DNA of 63,813 nt, the filler included, from Methanobacteriota archaeon (lineage in GTDB: Archaea > JACRDV01): the NCBI GenBank assembly GCA_024860865.1. It is 4 parts of 4 records of this genome, joined end to end, with 100 filler letters (N's around TTAATTAATTAA, not from the genome) between each part and the next. Parts side by side here need not be neighbours in the genome. Positions count along the whole stretch, not along the records: positions 1 to 5,544 come from JACRDV010000028.1; positions 5,645 to 31,578 come from JACRDV010000030.1; 2 more parts are not named here. One strand, written 5' to 3'. Under the pieces are notes generated by a model. The model was not told the DNA's origin. It did no database searches and saw nothing but the letters and a program-made list of their open reading frames with translations. The first letter of the stretch is position 1. Each line of letters starts with the position of its first letter. Positions 1 to 9,311 of this stretch are shown one piece after another. The translations under genes and the position numbers were made by a program.

Positions 1-73
1 AATGCGCGGTTCTAAACATGACCCCGACTGGCACAAATATCAAATTACAGATGAAGGATTCAAAATTATTTAG
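1..73 (+). CDS. 3' end of a KaiC/RAD55-family ATPase (partial)
   Basis: 2..73 reads MRGSKHDPDWHKYQITDEGFKII*, the typical RAD55/KaiC C-terminus; near-identical to the end of 59651..60141. Confidence 0.8.
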   Translation, partial: MRGSKHDPDWHKYQITDEGFKII

Positions 74-604
74 CTAAATTTTGTTTATTGTAGGTAACTC
101 CCAATATCTTTGTGGAAATCAAGACAGTCCCCATTCACCAAAGTTATTTTAAGATTAGAAGCTCAGTTCCAGTGGGATCCGAATCCGAGCTTCCATGTAA
201 AGGCCGATAGATTATTTGGTCCAGTGTTCTAAAAAATAGATAATGGTTTTTAGCAATTCAAACTCTAGTTTAGGCTTTTAGAAAAAAGTTTACTTTCTTT
301 TTAAGGAACGAGAGTTCCATCATTTTGAAAAAAGTTAATCAATCATCTTGACTTGACGCTACGTGATACAATTTGTACCATCTACTTAGAATCGAATTAG
401 GGGTTTCAAAAATACTAATGGAGTTCTATGGGCTCCGAAAATGATTTTAGTAAATTTCATTTATATGATTATACAATTGTTTTATTCACGTATTAGAAGG
501 TCTCAAAATTAATAGCACCTGAACTTCTATCAAAGATAATGCTGAAATAGGAATCAAGGAAAAAATTGCGCAAATCCAAGAAAAAATACAAATTAACATG
601 AAAG

Positions 605-2203
605 GTGATATGGTTGCATATTCCGATACATTGGGCAGATAAAATTGCAGAAGAATTAATCGCAACTGGTGCCCAAATTCATGTAATCGCTACAGGCATC
701 ACCCCTTCTGGCCCGGTACATATAGGGAATATGCGGGAAGTGTTAACCGCTGATGCTATTCTTCGAGCTTTAAAGGATAAAAGAGCTCACGCAAAACTTT
801 TGTACATAGCAGATGATTACGATCCGCTCCGCAGGAAATATCCATTTTTGCCTGAAAAATTTTCGCAGTATATTGGAAAACCACTAGTTGAGATTCCTTG
901 TCCAGAAAATTGCTGCCAAAATTATGCTCAACATTTTTTAAAACCATTCTTTGAAAGTTTAGATAGGCTTGGCATTCATCCAGAAATTCATTTATCTTCT
1001 GAAGCTTATCGAAGCGGAAAATATACAAAGTTGATTAAACTAGCTCTCACTCACAAGGACGAAATTAAAAAAATACTTGAAGAAAAAACTGGCCGAAAAA
1101 TGCCGGAAGATTGGGCTCCATTTAATGTCCGATGTGAGAAATGCGGTCGATTGAATACTACATTTGTAAAAAAGTTGGAAAATAATAAAGTTCACTATTT
1201 TTGCAAAGCATGCAATATTGAAGGCAAAGTCGATATTACTAAAGGCAATGGAAAACTACCTTGGCGAATTGACTGGCCAGCGCGCTGGGTTATTTTTGGC
1301 GTAACATGTGAACCGATGGGGAAGGATCATGCTGTTGCAGGGGGATCTTACGATACTGGCAAAGAAATCGTTAAGCTTTTCGGGGGGCAGGCTCCCTATC
1401 CAGTGCCATACGAGTGGATTTATTTCAAAGGAAAAGGCGCGATGAAAAGCTCAAAAGGCATAGCCTTTACTGGAGCCCAATGGTTGCAAGTTGCTCCGCC
1501 TGAAACCCTTCGATATTTAGTTATCAGGACAAAACCGCTGAAGCACATAGAATTTGACCCGCAGTTTGGTTTAATTGATATAATTGATCAGTACGACCGA
1601 ACTGAGAGGATCTATTTCGGAAAAGAAATTTCAGAGATTAGAGAAGAGGCCGAGGAGATGAAGCGCTCATATGAGCTCTCTCAAATTAAAGAAATACCAA
1701 GGCAATTGATACTTGCCTTGCCCTACAAATTTGCATCCATTTTAGTTCAAGTCCTGCTTGATAAGCAAACCCAACTCCAGAAAACTGTTGAAATATTAAG
1801 AAGAACCGGGCACTTAACAGAATCTCCAACCGATGTTGAGCTTAAAAAGACTAAAGAGCGATTAGAATTAGCTGAAAAATGGATAAATTGGTACGCACCT
1901 GAAGGTATGAAGTTTAAGCTTTTAGAAACTTTGCCAGAAAATATTATCTCACAGCTAACTGCAGAGCAAAAGCAATCGCTAAAAGAACTTAAACAATCGC
2001 TTCAAGCTAAAGATTGGACGCCAGTTGATTTACATAATGAATTTTATCGAATTGCTACAGAAGCAAAAATTAAACCACAGCAATTGTTTGAGGCAGCATA
2101 CCAGGTGCTTACAGGGAAGAAATTTGGGCCAAGGCTTGGATGGTTTTTGCTTTCTTTAGATAAACCTTGGATACTAAAAAGGTTGGAGGAAGCAGCTAGC
2201 TAA
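605..2203 (+). CDS. lysS: Class I lysyl-tRNA synthetase
   Basis: HWAD, TPSGPVHIGN, KLPWRIDWPARW, EPMGKDH, MKSSKG, GPRLG motifs. Confidence 0.97.
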   Translation: MIWLHIPIHWADKIAEELIATGAQIHVIATGITPSGPVHIGNMREVLTADAILRALKDKRAHAKLLYIADDYDPLRRKYPFLPEKFSQYIGKPLVEIPCPENCCQNYAQHFLKPFFESLDRLGIHPEIHLSSEAYRSGKYTKLIKLALTHKDEIKKILEEKTGRKMPEDWAPFNVRCEKCGRLNTTFVKKLENNKVHYFCKACNIEGKVDITKGNGKLPWRIDWPARWVIFGVTCEPMGKDHAVAGGSYDTGKEIVKLFGGQAPYPVPYEWIYFKGKGAMKSSKGIAFTGAQWLQVAPPETLRYLVIRTKPLKHIEFDPQFGLIDIIDQYDRTERIYFGKEISEIREEAEEMKRSYELSQIKEIPRQLILALPYKFASILVQVLLDKQTQLQKTVEILRRTGHLTESPTDVELKKTKERLELAEKWINWYAPEGMKFKLLETLPENIISQLTAEQKQSLKELKQSLQAKDWTPVDLHNEFYRIATEAKIKPQQLFEAAYQVLTGKKFGPRLGWFLLSLDKPWILKRLEEAAS

Positions 2204-2430
2204 AAAACTGTTGTTAAAGAAGCCAGCTGTTGAAGTTCATTTGCTGTGATTGGTTGATGGAATAATTCACTTACGAAGCGCTTAACATCAGAATGCGGGC
2301 CTTCAACGACTAACCAGACATTCTTGCCTTTAACACGTTTGCTCCATATTTGGCACTTACCAATGCTAACTGGTTGCCTCAAAATCGAGTCGTTAAAAAT
2401 TGGGAGTACTAATCGCATTTTAATCCTCAA
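2200..2430 (-). CDS. Small hypothetical protein (likely start ATG 2418)
   Basis: 76-aa ORF converging on lysS with overlapping stop codons; TATA-like sequence upstream; no family recognised. Confidence 0.4.
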   Translation of the reverse strand: MRIKMRLVLPIFNDSILRQPVSIGKCQIWSKRVKGKNVWLVVEGPHSDVKRFVSELFHQPITANELQQLASLTTVF

Positions 2431-2840
2431 GAATATTTGGAGTTAGAAAATATATAAACCCGTCCGACATTAGTCAGACTATCTAACGGACAGAAAAATC
2501 CTTTAAACGAATATCTAACGATAAAAACAAATGTCAGTTCAGATTTCTACTTTAAAATAATGTTTGATGTGTGTTTTAGAAAACTATCACTTGGATTTGA
2601 AAAAAATTCTCATTATATCTTGTGTTCTTCCCTATTTTTGTAGAGGAATTTAGGCATCAGTTGGAAATCCTTTAACTTCCTGAAACCTAACTCCTCATTT
2701 TCCGTTTGAGGATTCAACTTGTAGAGGTTCTTCACACTTAGAATCGGCAATTTTAGTCATTTGTTTCACTTTCAATGAATTGCATAAACCAGTCGCTAAG
2801 GCGATGCACAATCACAGCTTAAAAGAACAAAAAAATTAGC

Positions 2841-2906
2841 GGCGCTCTGGATCAGGTGCGATCGTCATAAGTTTCCCTCTGTTTGGGACGGCTTCATCAT
2901 TGCGCC
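2841..2906 (-). ncRNA. Archaeal C/D-box methylation guide sRNA
   Basis: Minus strand: GGCGC A ATGATGA [AGCCGTCCCAAA] CAGA GGGAAACTT ATGACGA [TCGCACCTGATC] CAGA GCGCC = terminal stem, box C, 12-nt guide, D', C', 12-nt guide, D, stem; followed by a T-tract. Confidence 0.85.
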
Positions 2907-2945
2907 AACTTAACTATATTTAGGACTCTTTTCATAAACTTTTTC

Positions 2946-4031
2946 ATGGTTAGAAAAATCCAGAAAACTGAAGCAGAATCTCTTTTAGTAGGGGAAATGC
3001 CAGAAGGTTGTCAACTTTGCATAAAAGGCGCTAAGCTTGTTCTTTTTGTGACTGGATTATGCAGTCGATACTGCTATTTTTGCCCCATATCCGAAAAAAG
3101 AAAAGATAAGGACGTAACTTATGCTAATGAACGGTTAGTAAAAAAAGATGAAGATATAATTGAAGAAGCTAAGCTAATGGAAGCAGAAGGAACAGGGATT
3201 ACTGGGGGTGAGCCTTTAGCCCAATTTGAGAGAACTCTCTATTACATCAAATTATTGAAAAAAGAGTTCGGAGATAAACATCACATTCACTTATACACTA
3301 ATGGTGATTTGCTAACAGAAGCGAAACTTGAAAAATTGGTTTCAGCCGGACTTGATGAGATTAGATTACATCCAGTAAGCGGTGATTTTTCAATAATTGA
3401 GCAGGTAATCAAATCAAAGATTGATGTAGGTTGTGAGATTCCTGTAATTCCAAACAACAAAACAGGGATCATTAAACTTGCTGAGTTTCTTGAAAATTGC
3501 GGTGCAAAATTTCTTAATTTAAATGAATTAGAATTCTCTCCAACTAATGCAGAAGCTCTCCTGCAACGAGGACTTAGTCTTAGAAATGAAATTTCAACAG
3601 GGGTTAAAGGATCAGAAGAACTTGCTAAAGAAATTCTTGAGTGGGCAAGCGACCATACAAGAAGATTAAGTTTACACTACTGCCCTGCTCGACTCAAAAT
3701 GGTTTTTCAATTTAAGAACCGTTTGCTAAGGAGAGCTAAGCATGTTGCCAAACCATATGAGGAAATCTCTGATGAAGGGCTGCTAATTAAGGGTATAATT
3801 TTTTCAGAGGGTTTATCCGCTGAGCAACTGCATCGGCTAAGAAATGATCTAATCGAGGAGTTAGGAATACCAAGCGAGTTAATCGCTGTGGATGAAGAGA
3901 AAATGAGGCTAGAAACAGCTTGGCACTTCATCGATGAAATTGCCCGCAAAAAAAAGTCTGGTCTAAGATTGGCTGTAGTTAAAGAGTACCCAACAGCTGA
4001 TCGGCTTGAAATCGAAGTAATCCCGCTTTAA
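2946..4031 (+). CDS. Radical SAM protein (archaeal COG2108-like)
   Basis: GCQLCIKGAKLVLFVTGLCSRYCYFCP (CxxxCxxC), GITGGEP. Start moved to ATG 2946 because the longer ORF overlaps the sRNA. Confidence 0.88.
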   Translation: MVRKIQKTEAESLLVGEMPEGCQLCIKGAKLVLFVTGLCSRYCYFCPISEKRKDKDVTYANERLVKKDEDIIEEAKLMEAEGTGITGGEPLAQFERTLYYIKLLKKEFGDKHHIHLYTNGDLLTEAKLEKLVSAGLDEIRLHPVSGDFSIIEQVIKSKIDVGCEIPVIPNNKTGIIKLAEFLENCGAKFLNLNELEFSPTNAEALLQRGLSLRNEISTGVKGSEELAKEILEWASDHTRRLSLHYCPARLKMVFQFKNRLLRRAKHVAKPYEEISDEGLLIKGIIFSEGLSAEQLHRLRNDLIEELGIPSELIAVDEEKMRLETAWHFIDEIARKKKSGLRLAVVKEYPTADRLEIEVIPL

Positions 4032-4179
4032 AGGCTATTAATTCATCTGTTTTCGTGTTTAAGAGATAATTTGAGCTTAATAAACCATTTGGAGTTCTAT
4101 AATTTTCGTACGAAGAAAAAGCATATATATAAAAAGAGCTTGAGTCAATGCGTGTTTCGGCGATTGGGGGTGCAGTATA

Positions 4180-4389
4180 ATGGGAGAATTGCCGTTAGCT
4201 CCAGTTGATCGAATCATTAGGAAAGCTGGCGCTGAGCGGGCTTCTGCTGAGGCGGTTAAAGCTTTAGCTGAAGCAATGGAAGAAATTGCAACTGACATTG
4301 CAAAAGAAGCAGCTATTTTAGCTGTTCATGCTGGAAGAAAAACTGTTTCAGCTGAAGATATTAAACTTGCTACTAAGCGCTTCTTATAG
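4180..4389 (+). CDS. Archaeal histone (HMf family)
   Basis: [20 protein letters not shown]...HAGRKTV..EDIKLA. Confidence 0.97.
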   Translation: MGELPLAPVDRIIRKAGAERASAEAVKALAEAMEEIATDIAKEAAILAVHAGRKTVSAEDIKLATKRFL

Positions 4390-4496
4390 CTTACTCAGCT
4401 TGTATTTAAACGGTCTAAACAATCGTAAACTTTTGGTTTGTTTATTTCGGAAATGCCTTTATAGTTGGTTATCTCTTTTTTACCAGAGGAGCAAGA

Positions 4497-4946
4497 TTGA
4501 GCAACTTTACTCAGGTTAAAGTAACTGGCGTGTTCATGTCTGGTTCAGCTACGCCTCAGCCAGTAGTCCTGCTAGAAGATGGTAAGAAAAGATTTTTGCC
4601 TATTTTTATTGGAGTTGCAGAGGCGTTTTCAATCCAAGCTGCTTTATCTAAAAAAATCTCGCCTAGACCGCTAACACATGACCTTGTAGCAACTGTTCTT
4701 GATGAAATTGGAGTTAAAGTCAAACAAATCACTATTGATCAGCTTAAGGATGAGATTTTCTTTGCAAGACTTACTATTGAAACAAATGGCAAGCACAAAG
4801 AGATCGATGCTAGACCAAGCGACTGCATTGCTATTGCTTTACGAACTAGCGCTCCAATTTTTGTGGCTGAAGATGTAATGAAAGTAGCTAGTATAGCAAA
4901 AAATTTAATAAAAGACCAATTTGAGCAGCTAAATGGCTATGCTTAG
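4497..4946 (+). CDS. Bifunctional nuclease family protein (DUF151)
   Basis: LPIFIG..EA, RPLTHDL, IDARPSDCIAIA. Confidence 0.93.
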   Translation: MSNFTQVKVTGVFMSGSATPQPVVLLEDGKKRFLPIFIGVAEAFSIQAALSKKISPRPLTHDLVATVLDEIGVKVKQITIDQLKDEIFFARLTIETNGKHKEIDARPSDCIAIALRTSAPIFVAEDVMKVASIAKNLIKDQFEQLNGYA

Positions 4947-5057
4947 TTTTTAATTGCAACGATTTAAAACTAAAAAAAAGATTATTTAGAGCTTAGATGG
5001 CTTTAATTAAAGAGATACTCCGCATAAATCAAAAAAACATTTTTCGATTTAAATTTC

Positions 5058-5544
5058 TTAATGCTCTATTTTTAAAGGATATCTTAATAAAGCTGCTATT
5101 CCGCCTAAAGCAAGCAATTTTTTTCCAGATTCATGTTCAGTGCTGACGATTATTATCGCTCCGCGAGCTTTTCTAGCGGTTTCAAGAATTGAATCAATAT
5201 CAATAGCCTTTTCAAATCTAGCCTTCCGCAAGAACTCATCAGCTACTAGCAGCGTTTCAATAGCACCATAGTTTGCTGCCGTTTCAACTGCTTCAAACCC
5301 ATAAGTTGCTAAATTTGAATCCTTCCCAATTTCTTCAAAAACTCTTTCAACTAATGTTGTTTCTTTTGCAACTCTAGTTTCTTTAACTACTCTATCTATT
5401 ATGCCCCGCTTGATAGCTTCCTGTACGCCAGCTGTTCCAACTGCACTCACTGTCTCAACTGAAGTCTTAGAAGCGATCTCTAGATATTTCTCTTTTAATA
5501 AATCAAAAAATTCATTTTTAACAAAGCCTGGCCCAGCTATAACA
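5058..5544 (-). CDS. pelA: mRNA surveillance protein pelota, C-terminal part (5' end lost at contig break)
   Basis: VIAGPGFVK..., ATYG, GAIETLLV, STEHESGKKLLALGGIAALLRY. Confidence 0.9.
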
Positions 5545-5644
5545 NNNNNNNNNNNNNNNNNNNNNNNNNNNNNNNNNNNNNNNNNNNNTTAATTAATTAA
5601 NNNNNNNNNNNNNNNNNNNNNNNNNNNNNNNNNNNNNNNNNNNN
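5545..5644. other. Artificial contig linker
   Basis: 44 N + TTAATTAATTAA (stop codons in all six frames) + 44 N. Confidence 0.98.
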
Positions 5645-6229
5645 ATACTCTCCTCTTCTATCGAATATCACAAGATGCAGTGCCGGGTCTAACTCTTTTT
5701 TTGCCGCTGCTGCTAAAGAAAGCAAAAATGTGGATTTGCCGGACCTTGTTTGGCCACAAATAAAGCAGTGTCCTTTTACAAGACCATTTACATCAATAGA
5801 AATTGGAATTTTTAAATTCCTTAAGTTTCCAATTTTAAGGTAGTATCCATCTTTTGTTGGAGTAATGAATTTCTCTAAGTCTTTTTCTTCAGCCTCATAA
5901 ACAGGAGTCCAAGTGGAAGGCGGGACTTCTAATGGCCTAAACTTGTTTCCTTCAAAATATCCCAAAGGTTCAGCTGAAGCAACTAAAATTTCCTGGTCAG
6001 AAGAAGGCAACTTTAACCCTTTCTTTGCATATCTGGGGCCATACCGAGTGATATCCATCTCAGGATTCTTGTAATTGATTCCAACTGCGCGTGTTAATAC
6101 TTCAACTCCTTTTGTTGGATGCTTAACGATGTAATAATTTCCAAATTCAACATGTTTTTCCTCTAATACTACAAATGAAAAGCTATCATGTGCGGAATTA
6201 TCAAGTACCCAACCGACTATTTCTTTCAT
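5645..6229 (-). CDS. HerA-like ATPase/helicase, N-terminal part (HAS barrel + Walker A), truncated by contig end
   Basis: N-terminal barrel, GHCFICGQTRSGKS, LVIFDRRGEY; directly downstream of a NurA-like gene. Confidence 0.85.
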
Positions 6230-6230
6230 C

Positions 6231-7316
6231 CTAAAGCCTCCATATTTCAAGCCTTCTTAGATTGATCATATCCAAATCTTTCTCAGACAATTCGCCCGAC
6301 TTTACCTTATCCATAGCGTGTGAAATGAATCTAGTATAAGTTAAGTCTGTTGTCGGTATGTTTACTTTGGTTAAAATATCTGCCCTTAAGATATGAAATG
6401 GTATTCCAGTGAGAGGGTCAGCGGTTGAATGTATTAATGAAGAAATTTCATCCACTTCCTTGCTCAACCATCCCGGAATTTCAACTCTTATCGGGCTCAT
6501 TCCTTCAGTACTTTTTATAAAGAAGAGCTTAATTTCCTTATGTTCTTTCGGAAACTCATCTTTTAACATTCTGCCTTCTGCCGGGTCAATTAAATCAGTT
6601 CTTTGCCCCTTTTTTAGAACTGGATTTAGCAGAACAGAATCTCTTATAGATTTTGATAGGCCAAGAATATCAGAATAATAGGTCGATCTCACACGTTTGA
6701 CAACACATGCAAAAAGCATTCCTCTTCTCTTATATTCCTTTTGAGCCAGATTAAGCAGTGAAAAAAGGGCTGTTTTCATTTCATTGTAATCCTTATTGTA
6801 TTCTTTTGAATCCTCTCTGCTTGGAATATATCTGCTGTTTGGTATCAATGGTCCATCTATTAACAAAAAATCAGGCTTTCTTTTTTCAATTGCTTTTGTT
6901 GCAACGTCATACATGAAACGGTCTCTAATCGCAGCTGCTCTTCTACCAGGGTCAACTTCATCATCCCATATTAAAGATTTGCCAAAAGAAATTGGGGTTT
7001 TGTCTTCTTCTTCAAGACCTTGTGATGTATAGGCTATAGCCCCAACAATTCCAAAATAAAAGCCCTCTAGCTCCTTTCCGTTGTCCCCGCCATCAGCACC
7101 AGTAATTTTATATTTAGCAATTTTTTTCATATCGTATCTAACTACATCGATGGGTTTGACTTTTTTAGAAACATTTTTTAAGTTTTTTCTTCTGTCTTCT
7201 ACAAAATCAATAAAAGTCTTGATTGAATTTGGAATTTCTTCCACCACAAATTGGTATATTTGGGGGTGGAGTGTATCAATATCAAAATCCCTATCAATTT
7301 TCAAGGCGCTCACCAC
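6231..7316 (-). CDS. NurA-family nuclease
   Basis: ITGADGG, LLIDGPL, VVKR, IRVE, GIPFHILRAD motifs. Confidence 0.85.
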   Translation of the reverse strand: MVSALKIDRDFDIDTLHPQIYQFVVEEIPNSIKTFIDFVEDRRKNLKNVSKKVKPIDVVRYDMKKIAKYKITGADGGDNGKELEGFYFGIVGAIAYTSQGLEEEDKTPISFGKSLIWDDEVDPGRRAAAIRDRFMYDVATKAIEKRKPDFLLIDGPLIPNSRYIPSREDSKEYNKDYNEMKTALFSLLNLAQKEYKRRGMLFACVVKRVRSTYYSDILGLSKSIRDSVLLNPVLKKGQRTDLIDPAEGRMLKDEFPKEHKEIKLFFIKSTEGMSPIRVEIPGWLSKEVDEISSLIHSTADPLTGIPFHILRADILTKVNIPTTDLTYTRFISHAMDKVKSGELSEKDLDMINLRRLEIWRL

Positions 7317-7364
7317 TGAATAAAACCATGTATTTATAAAATAAGTTATTTACTATACGAAAGT

Positions 7365-9266
7365 ATGGTTGGTCTAAAATTTTTCCCTTACCCAGCTTTT
7401 AAAGAAAGCCAGAAAGTCGCTTATGAGAGGCTAAAAACTTCACTTGAAAATCAGATGCACTTTTTGCTACACTTGCCCACTGGGGGAGGAAAAACTGCAG
7501 TTGCTTTATCACTATCTCTCCAAACTGCTCAGGAAAAGGGATTAAAAGCAATTTATTTGACCTCAAGGCACGAGCAGCATAGAAAACCAATTGAAGAGTT
7601 TCTTAAAATTCGGCAGGAATGTGGATTAAATTTCTATGTTTCTTCTTTTAAGAGCAAACAAACAATGTGCCCACAGTTAAAAGGTGAAGAAATTAGGGAT
7701 TTCTATGAGATGTGCAAGCTCGCAAAGAAAAACAAGACATGCGCTTACCATTTAAATTTAAGCGATTTCGATCTGGTTTTAAAGGTTATTAAAAAAATTA
7801 AAAATGAAATTTCCAATCCAGAAAAGCTTGAAGAAAAGTATAAATTTGACTTAACTGAATTAATTTATGACTATTCTAAAAAATCAAAATTGTGCCCATA
7901 CGAAATTTCTGGATTTTTAGCTGAAGATTCGATTTTAATAATCGGCGATTTTTATCATGTTTTTGGCCACCATCAAGCTGAATTCTTAAAAAGAGTTGGG
8001 AAGAAATTAAAGGAGATCATTTTAATTATAGATGAAGGAGATCAGCTTCCTGATAGAATCAGAGGACACTTCAGCGAGCACCTAACTACTTTTATGATCA
8101 ATGCTTCAATAGCTCAAGCAAATAGATTTAAGCAAAATTTAACCCAAGCGCAAATCGAGTTTTGGGAAGGTTATTTAAACAGATTAGGTGATTTAAAAAC
8201 TGCTTTTGAAGAATTTTGTATTTCAAATCTCAAGGGTAAAGAAGCTAAAGTTGAAAAAGAACAATTCAATGAAATCCTTTTAAAATATTTTAATTTAGAA
8301 GAAACGATCAAGGTTTTCTTTGATGCTGAAGAAATCATTAGAAATACAGGAAAAAGAGCTTACAGAATAGCAGAATTTTTAGCAGATTGGAATGAAGATA
8401 AACCGAGTTATGCAAGAATTCTGCATATAAATATGGGGAATTTTGTTTTAGACCATTTATGCTTAGACCCGGCTGAAGTCGCATCTCAAATTATAAACAA
8501 AACTTATGCCACGATTTTAATGAGCGGTTCTTTAACTCCGGTTGGAGCATACGCTGATTTTCTAGGATTTGATAGAACTCGAACAGAGATGCTAGAGCTG
8601 CCAAGGTCTAAAGAAGATTTTCCAATTGAAAATTCTTTGGTTACATTTGATATTTCAGTCACCACTTGGATCAAAAGAAGAGAAGCTCAAATTGAGAGAA
8701 TAGCTGAGCATGTTGAAGGAATTATAAATAACACACCTGGAAGTGCAATTGTTTATTTCCCAAGTTATGAGCTGAGAGATCGAATTGCTAAAATTATGAA
8801 GTTAAAAAAACTAACTTTGCTTGAAAAGCCAGAAATGACACAAGCTGAGAGATCAGACGCAATTAAGGCTCTATGTAAAGAAGCTGTTTTCTTGGGAGTT
8901 TTGAGTGGAAAGTTTTCAAGAGGAATCGATTTGCCTGGAGTGCTCAAAGCCATTATTGTAGTTGGAGTTCCAGTCCATCCACCTGACCTTTTTTCTAAGT
9001 TGTTGGAAGAATACTATTCTGATAAATTTGGTTCAAAGAATATCGGTGCTCTTTATGCTTGGCGAATTCCAGCGATAAATGCAGCAATCCAAGCTGCTGG
9101 AAGATTAATTCGAACTAAAGATGACAGAGGAGTAATTGCTTTTTTAGATGGAAGATATCTTTTTGTGAGAGATTACTACAAAATCTTGCCAGTAGAGTAT
9201 CGAGATTATAAAAAAGTTGTTCGAGATCCAATTCCTTTTGTTAGAAAATTTTGGGGCTATCAATAA
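7365..9266 (+). CDS. XPD/Rad3-family Fe-S DNA helicase
   Basis: Q motif, PTGGGKT, four Fe-S cysteines including CPYE, IIDEG, MSGSL, YFPSY, GID, QAAGRLIR. Confidence 0.92.
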   Translation: MVGLKFFPYPAFKESQKVAYERLKTSLENQMHFLLHLPTGGGKTAVALSLSLQTAQEKGLKAIYLTSRHEQHRKPIEEFLKIRQECGLNFYVSSFKSKQTMCPQLKGEEIRDFYEMCKLAKKNKTCAYHLNLSDFDLVLKVIKKIKNEISNPEKLEEKYKFDLTELIYDYSKKSKLCPYEISGFLAEDSILIIGDFYHVFGHHQAEFLKRVGKKLKEIILIIDEGDQLPDRIRGHFSEHLTTFMINASIAQANRFKQNLTQAQIEFWEGYLNRLGDLKTAFEEFCISNLKGKEAKVEKEQFNEILLKYFNLEETIKVFFDAEEIIRNTGKRAYRIAEFLADWNEDKPSYARILHINMGNFVLDHLCLDPAEVASQIINKTYATILMSGSLTPVGAYADFLGFDRTRTEMLELPRSKEDFPIENSLVTFDISVTTWIKRREAQIERIAEHVEGIINNTPGSAIVYFPSYELRDRIAKIMKLKKLTLLEKPEMTQAERSDAIKALCKEAVFLGVLSGKFSRGIDLPGVLKAIIVVGVPVHPPDLFSKLLEEYYSDKFGSKNIGALYAWRIPAINAAIQAAGRLIRTKDDRGVIAFLDGRYLFVRDYYKILPVEYRDYKKVVRDPIPFVRKFWGYQ

Positions 9267-9311
9267 TTAGATTTTTTGAAACAAATAAAAACTACACAGA
9301 AAGATTTTAAA

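Noticed and set aside
509-522. TTAATAGCACCTGA shared with ~61335
   Set aside because: A 14-nt match is expected by chance in 64 kb of AT-rich DNA, and the flanks do not match.
2883-2945. N-terminal extension of the radical SAM ORF
   Set aside because: Overlaps the C/D sRNA on the other strand; ATG 2946 is the more plausible start.
5545-5644. TTAATTAATTAA palindrome within N runs (also at 31579-31678 and 60142-60241)
   Set aside because: Identical artificial linker. Gene adjacency across it, and ORFs running into it, have no biological meaning.
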